Assembly: GCA_903880005.1 (NCBI GenBank)
Contig: CAIRNV010000282.1
Location: 1,354-65,353 of the forward strand
Source: an uncultured Verrucomicrobiota bacterium
GTDB lineage: Bacteria; Verrucomicrobiota; Verrucomicrobiia; Limisphaerales; UBA9464
DNA: 64,000 nucleotides
Direction: 5' to 3'
Part shown: positions 17,694 through 26,900 of the stretch, one piece after another
Numbering within the stretch: the stretch's first letter is position 1
Layout of the letters: every line of letters starts with the position of its first letter
Notes under the pieces: generated by a model
The model's database searches: none
What the model saw: the letters and a program-made list of their open reading frames with translations, nothing else
Told to the model about the DNA's origin: nothing
Translations under genes and position numbers: made by a program

Positions 17694-17770
17694 CCGGGAC
17701 GATGCAACGGGGTTAGGTATGCTGGCTGGAGCTTCCATCACCAGCGCCTCGCCCATCGCTCGTGAAGGGG
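17692..17770 (+). repeat. Intergenic repeat family, copy C (diverged, truncated)
   Basis: agccggGacgatgcaAcGgggttaggtatgctggctggagcttcc...gcctcgcccatcgctcgtgaaggg parallels copy B segment by segment, in the same orientation. Confidence 0.45.
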
Positions 17771-17830
17771 GGGCGAACCGAGGCCGGGGTCGGCCAAGCC
17801 AGACGCGGTGCTCCCCGGCCGCCCGCTGAC

Positions 17831-19261
17831 CTATGCCCCCACCAACTCGCGAATCGGCGTCCCGCCATCCGTCACCATGCGCGGTCGGCCGACGGGATCG
17901 ATGTACTCGCGGGTGGGGTCGATGCCGAGCAGATGGAAGACGGTGGCCGCAAGGTCCCGCGGACGAAGCGGGCGCGAATCCGGATACCCGCCAATGCGGT
18001 CGCTCGCGCCGATGACCTGGCCTCCCGGAATGCCGGCCCCGGCCATCGCGATCGAGAAGCACGCGCCCCAATGATCGCGTCCCCCGACGGCATTGATCTT
18101 GGGGGAACGTCCAAACTCGCCCATGGCGATGACCAACGTCTCGTCCAGGAGCCCGCGGCCCGCGAGATCGTCCACCAACGTGGCAAAGGTGCGGTCGAAC
18201 TGGGGGCAAAGGACATCGCGTACCCGGCCGGCGTTGTTCGCGTGGGTATCCCAGAGCGGGCTTCCCGCCACCTCCGCCTTGCCCTCGCGCGGCCAGTTCA
18301 CCTGCACCAACCGCGTCCCGGCCTCCACCAATCGCCGCGCCAGCAGCACGCTCCGCCCGAACTTGTGCGACCCGTAGGCTGCTTGCAGCGCCAGGGGCTC
18401 GCGCTCGATCTCAAACGCCCGCCGGCTCGCCTCCGCGTGTAGCAACTCAAACGCCCGCCTCCTTGAGACGTCCCAGCCCGTGACGGGAGCGCTCGCCTCG
18501 CCCGCCCGGAAGTGCGCGTCCAACTGGTCCAGCAATCGGCCGCGATCCTCCAACCGGACGTCCGACACATCCCCGTGCCGCACCAACCCCTCGATCTGCA
18601 CGGGCAGGACCGTCGGGTCGCAACGCATCAGCAAGGGATGCCAGGTTGGCCCCATGAACCCGCCATCCTGCCCGGGCCACAGGATGTTGCCGTCGTTGCC
18701 GAGGGGCTCTGGAAGCACGACCGACGACATGGGCGACCGGGTGCTCGGCTTCAACGACGCGACGACGGACGCCAAGCTCGGCCAGTCCTGCGGGCCCGGC
18801 GGCACGTTCTCCGCCTTCGTCTGGGGCTCGTACCCCGTGAGCATGAACGCCCCGCTGGTCGAGTGCGCGTCGATGTCCGTCGTCATCGAGCGGATCACCG
18901 ACAACCGATGCGCCACCCGCGCCGTGTACGGTAGCGTCTCGCAGAAATGCGTGCCCGGGACGGATGTGCGGATGGACCGGAACACATCGCGAATCTCGCT
19001 GGGGGCGTCCGGCTTTGGGTCAAAGGTCTCGTGCTGGGGCGGCCCGCCCGCGAGGAACAACAGGATGCAGGACTTGGCGCGGCCAAAGCCCGTGCCCGGA
19101 GCCGGCAAGCCCTCTGCCGCCACCCGGGCACCCGCGCCCGTCCATGCGACGGGCTGCAAGAGCCGCGCAAGTCCCAACCCGAAGGCTCCCAGGCCGCCGA
19201 CGCGCAGCCATTCGCGGCGCGTCGCCATCGGTCCCCGACATGGATTCGTCATGGGCGACAT
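17831..19261 (-). CDS. DUF1501 domain protein (sulfatase-superfamily-like, Tat signal)
   Basis: MSPMTNPCRGPMATRREWLRVGGLGAFGLGLA, LFLAGGPPQHETFDPKP and the C-terminal GRDHWG motif. Start set at Met80 of the 555-aa ORF. Confidence 0.85.
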   Translation of the reverse strand: MSPMTNPCRGPMATRREWLRVGGLGAFGLGLARLLQPVAWTGAGARVAAEGLPAPGTGFGRAKSCILLFLAGGPPQHETFDPKPDAPSEIRDVFRSIRTSVPGTHFCETLPYTARVAHRLSVIRSMTTDIDAHSTSGAFMLTGYEPQTKAENVPPGPQDWPSLASVVASLKPSTRSPMSSVVLPEPLGNDGNILWPGQDGGFMGPTWHPLLMRCDPTVLPVQIEGLVRHGDVSDVRLEDRGRLLDQLDAHFRAGEASAPVTGWDVSRRRAFELLHAEASRRAFEIEREPLALQAAYGSHKFGRSVLLARRLVEAGTRLVQVNWPREGKAEVAGSPLWDTHANNAGRVRDVLCPQFDRTFATLVDDLAGRGLLDETLVIAMGEFGRSPKINAVGGRDHWGACFSIAMAGAGIPGGQVIGASDRIGGYPDSRPLRPRDLAATVFHLLGIDPTREYIDPVGRPRMVTDGGTPIRELVGA

Positions 19262-19407
19262 AGATTTACCAACCTGCCCCTCCCCCGTCTGGCCAGCCGT
19301 GGTCCGTCGGCCGGAACCATGAAACCGTGGGAGGCCCACCATCTTGCTACGGACGCCCACCCCGAAGGCAAGCCTGCGACGACTCACCCGGGCGCGGGCC
19401 TGCGGCA

Positions 19408-21744
19408 TCAACCGCCTGCACGAATCCCCAGGAGCCGCCGGGACTCGCGGAGCAGGAAGTGAAAATCCGTGAAGGGTTCGGCGCCGATGTCCTGCCAACG
19501 AACCATGCCGGCGCCATCGACGAGAAAGACCCCGTGCAAGGGCACGTCCTCGAAGTCGTCATGGGCATGCCACGCGCGGAAGGCCACGCGCTCGGGATCC
19601 GCGCCCATCGGGAAGGGAAACGGCCCGTCGGGGCCGGCGTTCTCCACCAACTTCGCCAGGCCCTCTGGCGTGTCCGTCCCCACCGCGAGGATGTCGATGC
19701 CGATGTCCCGGAACTCCCGGGCGCGCGGGGCGAGCTGCTGGAGTTGCTCCATGCAATGGACGCAACGGTGCCCAAGGTAGAAGACGACGAGCACGGGACG
19801 CCCCCGATGCTCGGACAACCGATGAACCTTCCCGCCGATGCCGGCGACCGCCAGATCGGGCGCGGGTTGCGGCGACCACTTGAACGCGCCCAGGGATTCG
19901 AGAGGCGGACGCAAGCCCGAGTCCTCGGGATACGTCGGGCGGGGCTGCCACCCCTCCCCGAGGCCCGAGGCGGCGACGACCGGTGCCAGGCGGCGCGCCG
20001 CCGGCAGCCCCGGCTCCAGCCACGCGGAGAGCGGACGCAGGAGCCGGAACGCCTCCAGCGCCTCGTTCGTCTTGCCGGCCTGCCACAGCAACTCCGTCCG
20101 GACGAGGCACGGGTGCACTTGGTTGGTCCCCCCATCCACGGCCTCCTTGGCCAGGGCCAGCGCACGGTTGGTGTCGCCGAGTTGCATGCGCCACCGGGCC
20201 TGTCGCTCCTTGGACACCGACTTCAACGCATCGAGGCGCGCCAGCATCTCGTTGGTGCGGCCCCGCGCCACGTCGGCGGCAAACTCCAGCTCCTTCACGT
20301 GTTCGCCCAGGTTTTCGAGCACCTCCGAGAACGGCTTCAACGCATCCGCCATCGCCTTGTCCACGTCGGCCCTGCCCTTCTTTTCAGACAACGCCTTGGC
20401 CTCGGCGGCATCCACGACGACGCGGCGCAGGTCCCGGGCGTTCTGCATGGCCTTACGAAGCGCCTCGACGTCGCCCTCGACGCGGTCCCATTGGCCCAGC
20501 CCGACGTGGGCGAGGCCCATGAGGCGCGCCCGTCGCCCCTGCTCCTCGGGAAGGTCCGTTGGCTCGAGGATGGGCGAGTCGGCGAGGCGCAGCGCCACGT
20601 CCCACATTTCCCATCGGAGCAACGTCTCGAGGAGGCGTCGCCGGCCATGCATGGCCGTGCCGCCGCGCACCTCGTAGGGCGTCCCGTTGGTCCGCAGGTC
20701 CAGCGTGTTGAGGCGTGGATGACGCGGCATCTCGATCATGTTGCAGGCCAGTTCCACGGCGCGGGAGGCTTGGCCTAGGTAATTCAACGTCTGGACCAGC
20801 CACTCGCTGTTGTGGGCGTAGTTGTGGATCTGGTCCGGCAGCAAGCGGTCCAGCATCACCTGCGTGTTGTCCACGCGCACCGACGCCTCCTGTTGCCACG
20901 CCGTGTCGGGGTAGCGCTTCAGCTTGTTGAACGTGTGCCCCGCCATGTGCCATTGGTGCGCGACGCCGGGCGAGCTTTGCCCCGAGCGGGCGGCCGACGG
21001 CAAGGCACGGGTCGCCGACTCATCCTTTTCGCCATCCCAAAGATGGATGCGGTAATGATGCGCGGGATGGTTGGGCTGGGCGGCAAACACCTCCTTGAGC
21101 AACGACTCCACCGCCTGCGCACTGCCGATCGGGATCCCGTGGGATCCATTGTCCCAGATGTGGAACGCGAGGAACGCCTTGGCCTCCACCTCGTCGGGAT
21201 GCCGATACACGATGTTCTCCAGCGCGCGGACGTAGTCACGTCGGCGCTCGGTCTCGCCCCGGTTGGGATCGCGATGGTATTCGGCGAGCGCGTCGATCCA
21301 CAGCTGCTCGCGGGCAGACGCCGACGCCTTGCGCTTGGAGGCCTCCCGGATGAACGAGGCGGCGCGCTTGGCGTTGTTCATGTTCGCCATCGCCATCCCC
21401 CAGTACGCCATCGGGCAGTTCGTGTCGGCCGCCGCCGCGCCACGAAACGAACGCTCCGCCTCCAGGTACCAGAACCCGTGCAACTGCCCCACGCCTTGGA
21501 GGAAGAATCGGCGGGCCACGTCGTTCGTGGTCGTCACCTCGAAGCGAATCTCCGGCATCCCCGCCATCAACCGCGCCTGCTGACGAGGGCCCTCGTCGAA
21601 GGCCTCCCCATGCATCGAGTGCCCCGGCGCGACCGGCTTGGCGTCGTCGGTCGCCGCATGGCCTGCCAGGACGAACGACCACCCCGCCAGCACAAGCCAT
21701 GCTCCAAGACGCAACAAGCGAAGAGATCCACTGGGAACGTTCAT
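19408..21744 (-). CDS. Secreted TPR-like protein with C-terminal thioredoxin-fold (AhpC/TSA-redoxin) domain
   Basis: Signal peptide MNVPSGSLRLLRLGAWLVLAGWSFVLAGHA, then HSMHGEAFDEGPRQQA and a helical-repeat middle. The C-terminus has RPVLVVFYLGHRCVHCMEQL (CxxC) and VFLVDGAGMVRW. Confidence 0.75.
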   Translation of the reverse strand: MNVPSGSLRLLRLGAWLVLAGWSFVLAGHAATDDAKPVAPGHSMHGEAFDEGPRQQARLMAGMPEIRFEVTTTNDVARRFFLQGVGQLHGFWYLEAERSFRGAAAADTNCPMAYWGMAMANMNNAKRAASFIREASKRKASASAREQLWIDALAEYHRDPNRGETERRRDYVRALENIVYRHPDEVEAKAFLAFHIWDNGSHGIPIGSAQAVESLLKEVFAAQPNHPAHHYRIHLWDGEKDESATRALPSAARSGQSSPGVAHQWHMAGHTFNKLKRYPDTAWQQEASVRVDNTQVMLDRLLPDQIHNYAHNSEWLVQTLNYLGQASRAVELACNMIEMPRHPRLNTLDLRTNGTPYEVRGGTAMHGRRRLLETLLRWEMWDVALRLADSPILEPTDLPEEQGRRARLMGLAHVGLGQWDRVEGDVEALRKAMQNARDLRRVVVDAAEAKALSEKKGRADVDKAMADALKPFSEVLENLGEHVKELEFAADVARGRTNEMLARLDALKSVSKERQARWRMQLGDTNRALALAKEAVDGGTNQVHPCLVRTELLWQAGKTNEALEAFRLLRPLSAWLEPGLPAARRLAPVVAASGLGEGWQPRPTYPEDSGLRPPLESLGAFKWSPQPAPDLAVAGIGGKVHRLSEHRGRPVLVVFYLGHRCVHCMEQLQQLAPRAREFRDIGIDILAVGTDTPEGLAKLVENAGPDGPFPFPMGADPERVAFRAWHAHDDFEDVPLHGVFLVDGAGMVRWQDIGAEPFTDFHFLLRESRRLLGIRAGG

Positions 21745-21849
21745 GGGCCGGATGCTACCGCCGTGCCGTGGAAGGCCAACCATGGAACCGCCCCGCCCCG
21801 AATTCATGTTTGCCACCGGCTCGCCCGGGCCGCTTCATCCTCCCCATCC

Positions 21850-23787
21850 ATGAAGACCTCTCGCCCCCTTCAACCCTGTCGCATCCTTTGCATCCATGGC
21901 GTCAACCACCTCGAACCCGGGGACGACGGCGCACCGAGTCACTCGGAACAATCGTGGCGCGAGTCCATCAAGCGGGCCGCGTCGGCATGGAAGCTGGACG
22001 TGGACCTCCAGTTCCTCGCGTACAACGAGCTGTTCGACACCGCGAGGCTCACGCCCGCGGTCCTCGCCACGTCCGTCGCCAAGCTCACCGTCTCCTCCGT
22101 CTGGCATGGCCTGGGAGACTGGCTGGGCGGCACACGAGGCTTCGGCCCGCAAGGTTCCTTCGGCGACACGCTCGAATGGACGGCCGGGATGATCTGCGAA
22201 TGGGCTGGGAACGCGGTGCTGCGCACCCAGCTCCGCAAACGCCTCCTCGAAGCCCTGGCCCAATCGAAGCCCGACCTCGTCCTCGCCCACAGCCTCGGAT
22301 CGCTCATCGCCTACGACACCTTGGCGCGCCCTGCCCATGCGACGTTGCCGGGCGTCCCGCAGCTCACCCTCGCGACGTTCGGCTCCCAGATTGGCCACCC
22401 CGCGGTCCGCAATGTCTTTGGCGGCAAGCTGCCCGCCATCCCGGCCGTCCGTCACTGGTTCCACCTCTTCAACGACCGCGACCACGTCTTCACCAAGCCC
22501 CTGAACCTCAGATTCGCCTCGGGCCAACGCCCCAACTTCTCCCAGCACCTCACCCCCTTTGACCAACCCAACGACATCCTGAACCACGATGCAGGACGTT
22601 ATCTCGCCCACGACGCCGCCATCGCCACGGTCTGGCGCGATGCCGCCACCCGTGCGCATGTTATCGCCGAGCATCTCCCGGGGCTGCCGCCCCTGCCCTC
22701 CACCCAGGACGCCCCCCGGGCCACCCCTGGGCTCGCGCGCGCACGACACGGCGAACGCGCTCCCGCCGTGGTTTCATCCAAGCCCGCCAAGCGCGCCCTG
22801 CTGGTCGGGCTCAGCCACTACGCCAACCCCGAGTACGACCTGCCCGGCTGCACCAACGACGTCTTCCTCATGAGCCAAGTCCTGCAGCAAGCCGGCTTCG
22901 CCGCCCAGGACATCCGCGTCGTCCTCGACGCCCGCGCCACCAAGGACGCCATCATGGAACGCCTCCAATGGCTCCTGGATGGCGCCCATGACGGCCACGA
23001 CCGCGTCTTCTACTTCGCCGGCCATGGTGCCCAACTCCCCGGGTATGGGGCACACGAGGTCGTGGACCGCCTCGACGAATGCCTTGTCCCGCACGACTTC
23101 GACTGGAGCCGTCGCCGCGCGCTCGTGGACGACGAGTTCCATGACCTCTACGCCCAGTTGCCCGAGAACACGCGCTTCCTCACGATCCTTGATTGTTGCC
23201 ACTCCGGCGGGATGTCACGCGACGGCGGCATCCGCGCCCGGGGGCTCTCGATGCCCGACGACGTGCGGCATCGCGTGTTGGAATGGCAGGATGGCCAATT
23301 CCAGGAACGTCGCATCGGCCATGGCGCCGCCTTGCAGCGGCGACGTTCGCGCGAGGCCCTCGACCTTCGCCATGGCCCCCTTCGGAAACTCGGGTGTTCC
23401 GTCAGCCTTCGTAACCCGATGTCCGATCGCCCGGGGTCGGCCAAGGCGCTCAAGGATTCCTTCCACGCCGCACGCGAGGCATTCGGCCACTCCGGGCCGT
23501 TCATGCCCTTCATCCTGGAAGCGTGTGCCGAGGCGGAACTCGCCTTCGAGCACCGTCACGGATCCCAGTCGAATGGAGCCTTCACCTGGTTCCTGGCCGA
23601 GTCCCTGCGCGCGGCGCAGCGCGAGCTGTCGTGGAAGGCGCTCGTCACGGACGTGGCACGCCGCATGTCCGCCCATGGATACCGCCAGACTCCCCAGCTC
23701 GTCTGCCCCAAGCACCTTCAATCCAACAAGATCCCGTGGCCTCGCCTCGCTCCCGCCGGCTCGGTGGACACCAAAGGCGGAGGTTGA
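21850..23787 (+). CDS. Fusion protein: N-terminal lipase-like alpha/beta-hydrolase domain + C-terminal caspase-like (peptidase C14) domain
   Basis: 645 aa from ATG 21850, no signal peptide. LCIHG, nucleophile elbow AHSLGS (Ser148), NDRDH and LNHDAG in the N-terminal domain, then a Pro-rich linker. KRALLVGLSHY, YFAGHG (His392) and ILDCCHSGG (Cys450) in the C-terminal domain. The upstream 346 aa of ORF 20812..23787 are antisense to the TPR gene and are excluded. Confidence 0.8.
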   Translation: MKTSRPLQPCRILCIHGVNHLEPGDDGAPSHSEQSWRESIKRAASAWKLDVDLQFLAYNELFDTARLTPAVLATSVAKLTVSSVWHGLGDWLGGTRGFGPQGSFGDTLEWTAGMICEWAGNAVLRTQLRKRLLEALAQSKPDLVLAHSLGSLIAYDTLARPAHATLPGVPQLTLATFGSQIGHPAVRNVFGGKLPAIPAVRHWFHLFNDRDHVFTKPLNLRFASGQRPNFSQHLTPFDQPNDILNHDAGRYLAHDAAIATVWRDAATRAHVIAEHLPGLPPLPSTQDAPRATPGLARARHGERAPAVVSSKPAKRALLVGLSHYANPEYDLPGCTNDVFLMSQVLQQAGFAAQDIRVVLDARATKDAIMERLQWLLDGAHDGHDRVFYFAGHGAQLPGYGAHEVVDRLDECLVPHDFDWSRRRALVDDEFHDLYAQLPENTRFLTILDCCHSGGMSRDGGIRARGLSMPDDVRHRVLEWQDGQFQERRIGHGAALQRRRSREALDLRHGPLRKLGCSVSLRNPMSDRPGSAKALKDSFHAAREAFGHSGPFMPFILEACAEAELAFEHRHGSQSNGAFTWFLAESLRAAQRELSWKALVTDVARRMSAHGYRQTPQLVCPKHLQSNKIPWPRLAPAGSVDTKGGG

Positions 23788-23789
23788 AT

Positions 23790-23927
23790 CCCGAGGTGGC
23801 CGTTGGACCCCAGATCGCTCAACCTTCCCGCGCATCCGAACGCTTCGCCCATCCCGTAGGCCGCATGACAACGTGGCAGCGGCCTCTTGTCGCCGGCCGT
23901 AACGCAGCAAGGCCGAGACAGCACCGC
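23790..23927 (+). repeat. Possible fourth, strongly diverged copy (D) of the intergenic repeat family
   Basis: gccgttggacc / cttcccgcgca / cttcgcccatcccgtaggcc / ggcctcttg / ccgctcaccgtccgcc occur in the same order as the corresponding blocks of copies B and C, starting 3 nt after a stop codon. The alignment is weak. Confidence 0.3.
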
Positions 23928-26900
23928 TCACCGTCCGCCGTTCACCGAGCGCGCCAACACCCCTGATTCAAGGACCGGCACCGTCCACAAACCCAAGGCG
24001 GATCCGGGGCCGGAGGTGGCATTTTCGAGCCGCAACTCCACCTCGCGCCCAGCGAACGCCCCCAGGGGCACGTGGACCTCCCGCCACGGCCCACGGGATC
24101 CGTCGATCCTCTCGCGGCAAAGCGCCTGGCCCTCCACGCGCACGATCAACTCCCATGCGTGGCCCGGACGCGAACCCACCTTCACCCGCAAGGCCGCAGC
24201 CGTTCCCGGCACGCGCCAACGCCGTATCAACGCCGCCGGTCGCCCGGGCTTGTGGGGATGCGTCGCCAGCACGTTGGACTCCCCCGCCTCCATCCCCAAC
24301 CGCGCCGGCGTTCCGTCAAAGTCCGGTGCATCCACCCGCCACTCCGGGGCCCACAACGCCACCGATTCGCCGTCACGGTGCGTGTCCACCGCCGCCGAGT
24401 CCCCCGCCCCGCCCATCAACTCCCGACGGCGCCGTTCGTCCAATGGCCTTCCATCCTCCGGGGGGGCAAGGATGAACCAAATCAGGTTCCGGAAGTCCGC
24501 GTCGGGCATTTGTTCCAGCCCCTCGGGCATCACCGAGTTCTCCGAGACGACCAACGCCTTCACGTCCGACTTCCCGATCACCTCCTCGGCGCCGCCCGCC
24601 TGGATCAATCGCACCCGGGCTGCGCCGTTCTCGACCATCCGGCCCGAAACCGTGCGGCCGTCGCGCGTCTCCACCACCACGTTCTCGTAGCCTTGGCCGA
24701 TGATCTCGTTGGGGTGGATGACATTGTGCAGCAAGGCGTCCAGCGAGCTGCGTCCCACGCCCGTCAGGTCCGGCCCCACCTCGGCGCCCTCCCCGTGCAG
24801 CTTGTGGCACACCAGGCAGGACTTGCGGGCCACCTCGCGCCCCGCCCGCAGGTCCACGTCGCCCGCGACCACCACCCGCCGCTTCTCCGCGATCAACCGA
24901 AGCTTCTCCGCGCTCGTCGCCTGCACCCGCCCAAACAACTGCTCCGCCTTGACCCGCTCCGACTGCTCCTTCGACGTCACCAACGTCCGCACCACCGTGG
25001 GCGGCAGGTCGCCGCGCTTCACCTGCCCCTTCTCCAACGCCCCAAACAGGCTCCAACGCCACTGCCATCGCGTCGTGCACAACTCCGCCACGGCGCGGCG
25101 TACGGCCGGCGTCATCGCGCCCCAGCCTTCGAGCAATTGGGAGCCCGTCTGCTCCACTCCCGCCTCGCCCAGGGCGCGGACGGCCTCAACCCGAACCCCG
25201 TCCGGACCCGCATCGCGCGCAACGCCCAACAAAGCCGTGCGAACCTCCTCGCTTCGCGTGGCCCGCGCCGAGCGAATCGCGGCCTTGCGATCCTCCTCCG
25301 TGGCCGCCGCATCCCGGGCGCGCACGAGGGCGGCCCGCAACGCCGCCGCATCGCCCCATGCGGCCCCAAGCTGCTGGGCGCGGCTGGCGACCTCGCGATT
25401 CGGATGCGACAGCAACCCCTGCATCACGGCCTGGGCGTCCGGCGTGGGTGTCATGGCACGTCCTCGCTGCCCGTCCACCAAGCCCTGCAACAAACGCGGC
25501 AGCAGCGGCGAGTCACCCCCCACCCTTCCCACCAGCCCGAGCGCCTTCGCCACAAGCCCGCTGTCGCCCGTGTCGCACCAACGACGCATCGCCTTGTAAG
25601 CCAGCTCGCCGGACAACGGCATCGCGGCCCCGCCCCGGTCACCCAGCCACGCCAAGGCCGCGTCCGGTTGCGACGCCACCAACGGCTCCACCGCCATCCA
25701 CAACAGGAAGGGAAGGTCCCGGTCCCGGGTTGCGCCCGCCTTCGTCGCCAACGCGTCCACCACGCGGCCGATCCCGGCGCCCGTGGCCTCCACGCCATGG
25801 CGGGCCGGCGTGTTCACCGTCAGCGACCCGCTCGTGAACAACCGCACCGCCGTCGCCACCGCCGCATGAACCGTGGCGTCCTCGTCGCCCGCCAGTCGGA
25901 CGAGCCGCGTCCACGTCGCGTCCGTGGCCTCGCCTCGCTCGCCCGTCCATCGAGCCGCCCAAGCCCGCACCGACGCCGTCCCGGACCTCGCGGCCTCGTC
26001 AAGCACGGCGTCGTCGGCCTGGCCCGTGCTAAACAACGTCCATAGTCCCGCCAGCCGCGCGTCCTCGGACGCGCCGTCGCGCACGAGGCCAACCAGGGAT
26101 TCACGCTGGCCCGACGCGTCCTTCCGTCCGCCCAACACCCGCTGCGCCATGCGCCGATGCCACACGTTCGGATGCTTCAGCAACCCGACGAGATCCGCCG
26201 ACGAGGCCTTGCCCAGGTCGAGCCCGGCCGGGCGCGATGCGACGGCCTTGCCCGGCTGGTCTCCCGTCCACACGACGCGCCAGATGCGGCCGCGTTCACG
26301 ATCGACGCCCGCCGGGTCGGCATTGGCGTTCTGGTAGCACGGATAGCGATCATACCAGTCCATGATCCATACCGCCCCGTCGGGCCCGACCTGCGTCGAG
26401 ACCGGCATGAACCACCCGTCGTTGGCCCTCACGAAGTCGCGCACGAACGACGCCGCGAACGTGCTGCCCCGAGGGTCCAGTCGATCCTGGTGAATCGCGT
26501 TGTCATGGATGTTCCCCTGCAACGCCATTCCCCGGTACTCGGGCGGGAACTGGTCCCCTTGGTAAATGGAGATCCCCGCGTAGGCCGCCATGTGATGCCG
26601 ATGGTCCACGATGCTGGGAAGCAACCCATACGCATACGGGTACGGCGGCTGTCCCGCCTGGCGCACGTACACCCCGCCTGGGGCGAGGTGGAACAAATGG
26701 TCGATCACGCACGCGCTCACGAAGGCGTTGCCGCGCGCGTCGAAGTCCACGCCCCACGGGTTGGACGTCCCCTCGGCGAAGACCTCCAGCCGTCGCTCGG
26801 ACGGCCGGTACCGCGCCACCCCGGCCGTTAGGAGCACCGGCTCCGTGGCCTGCCCGGGATTCACGGCCTTCGTCACCGTGAACACGCCGTGCGTCATGTA

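Noticed and set aside
20812-21849. N-terminal 346 aa of the 991-aa ORF 20812..23787, which would greatly extend the hydrolase-caspase protein
   Set aside because: This stretch is exactly antisense to the well-supported TPR-redoxin gene. It has Arg/Gly/Pro/His-rich composition without motifs. The recognisable protein begins cleanly at ATG 21850.
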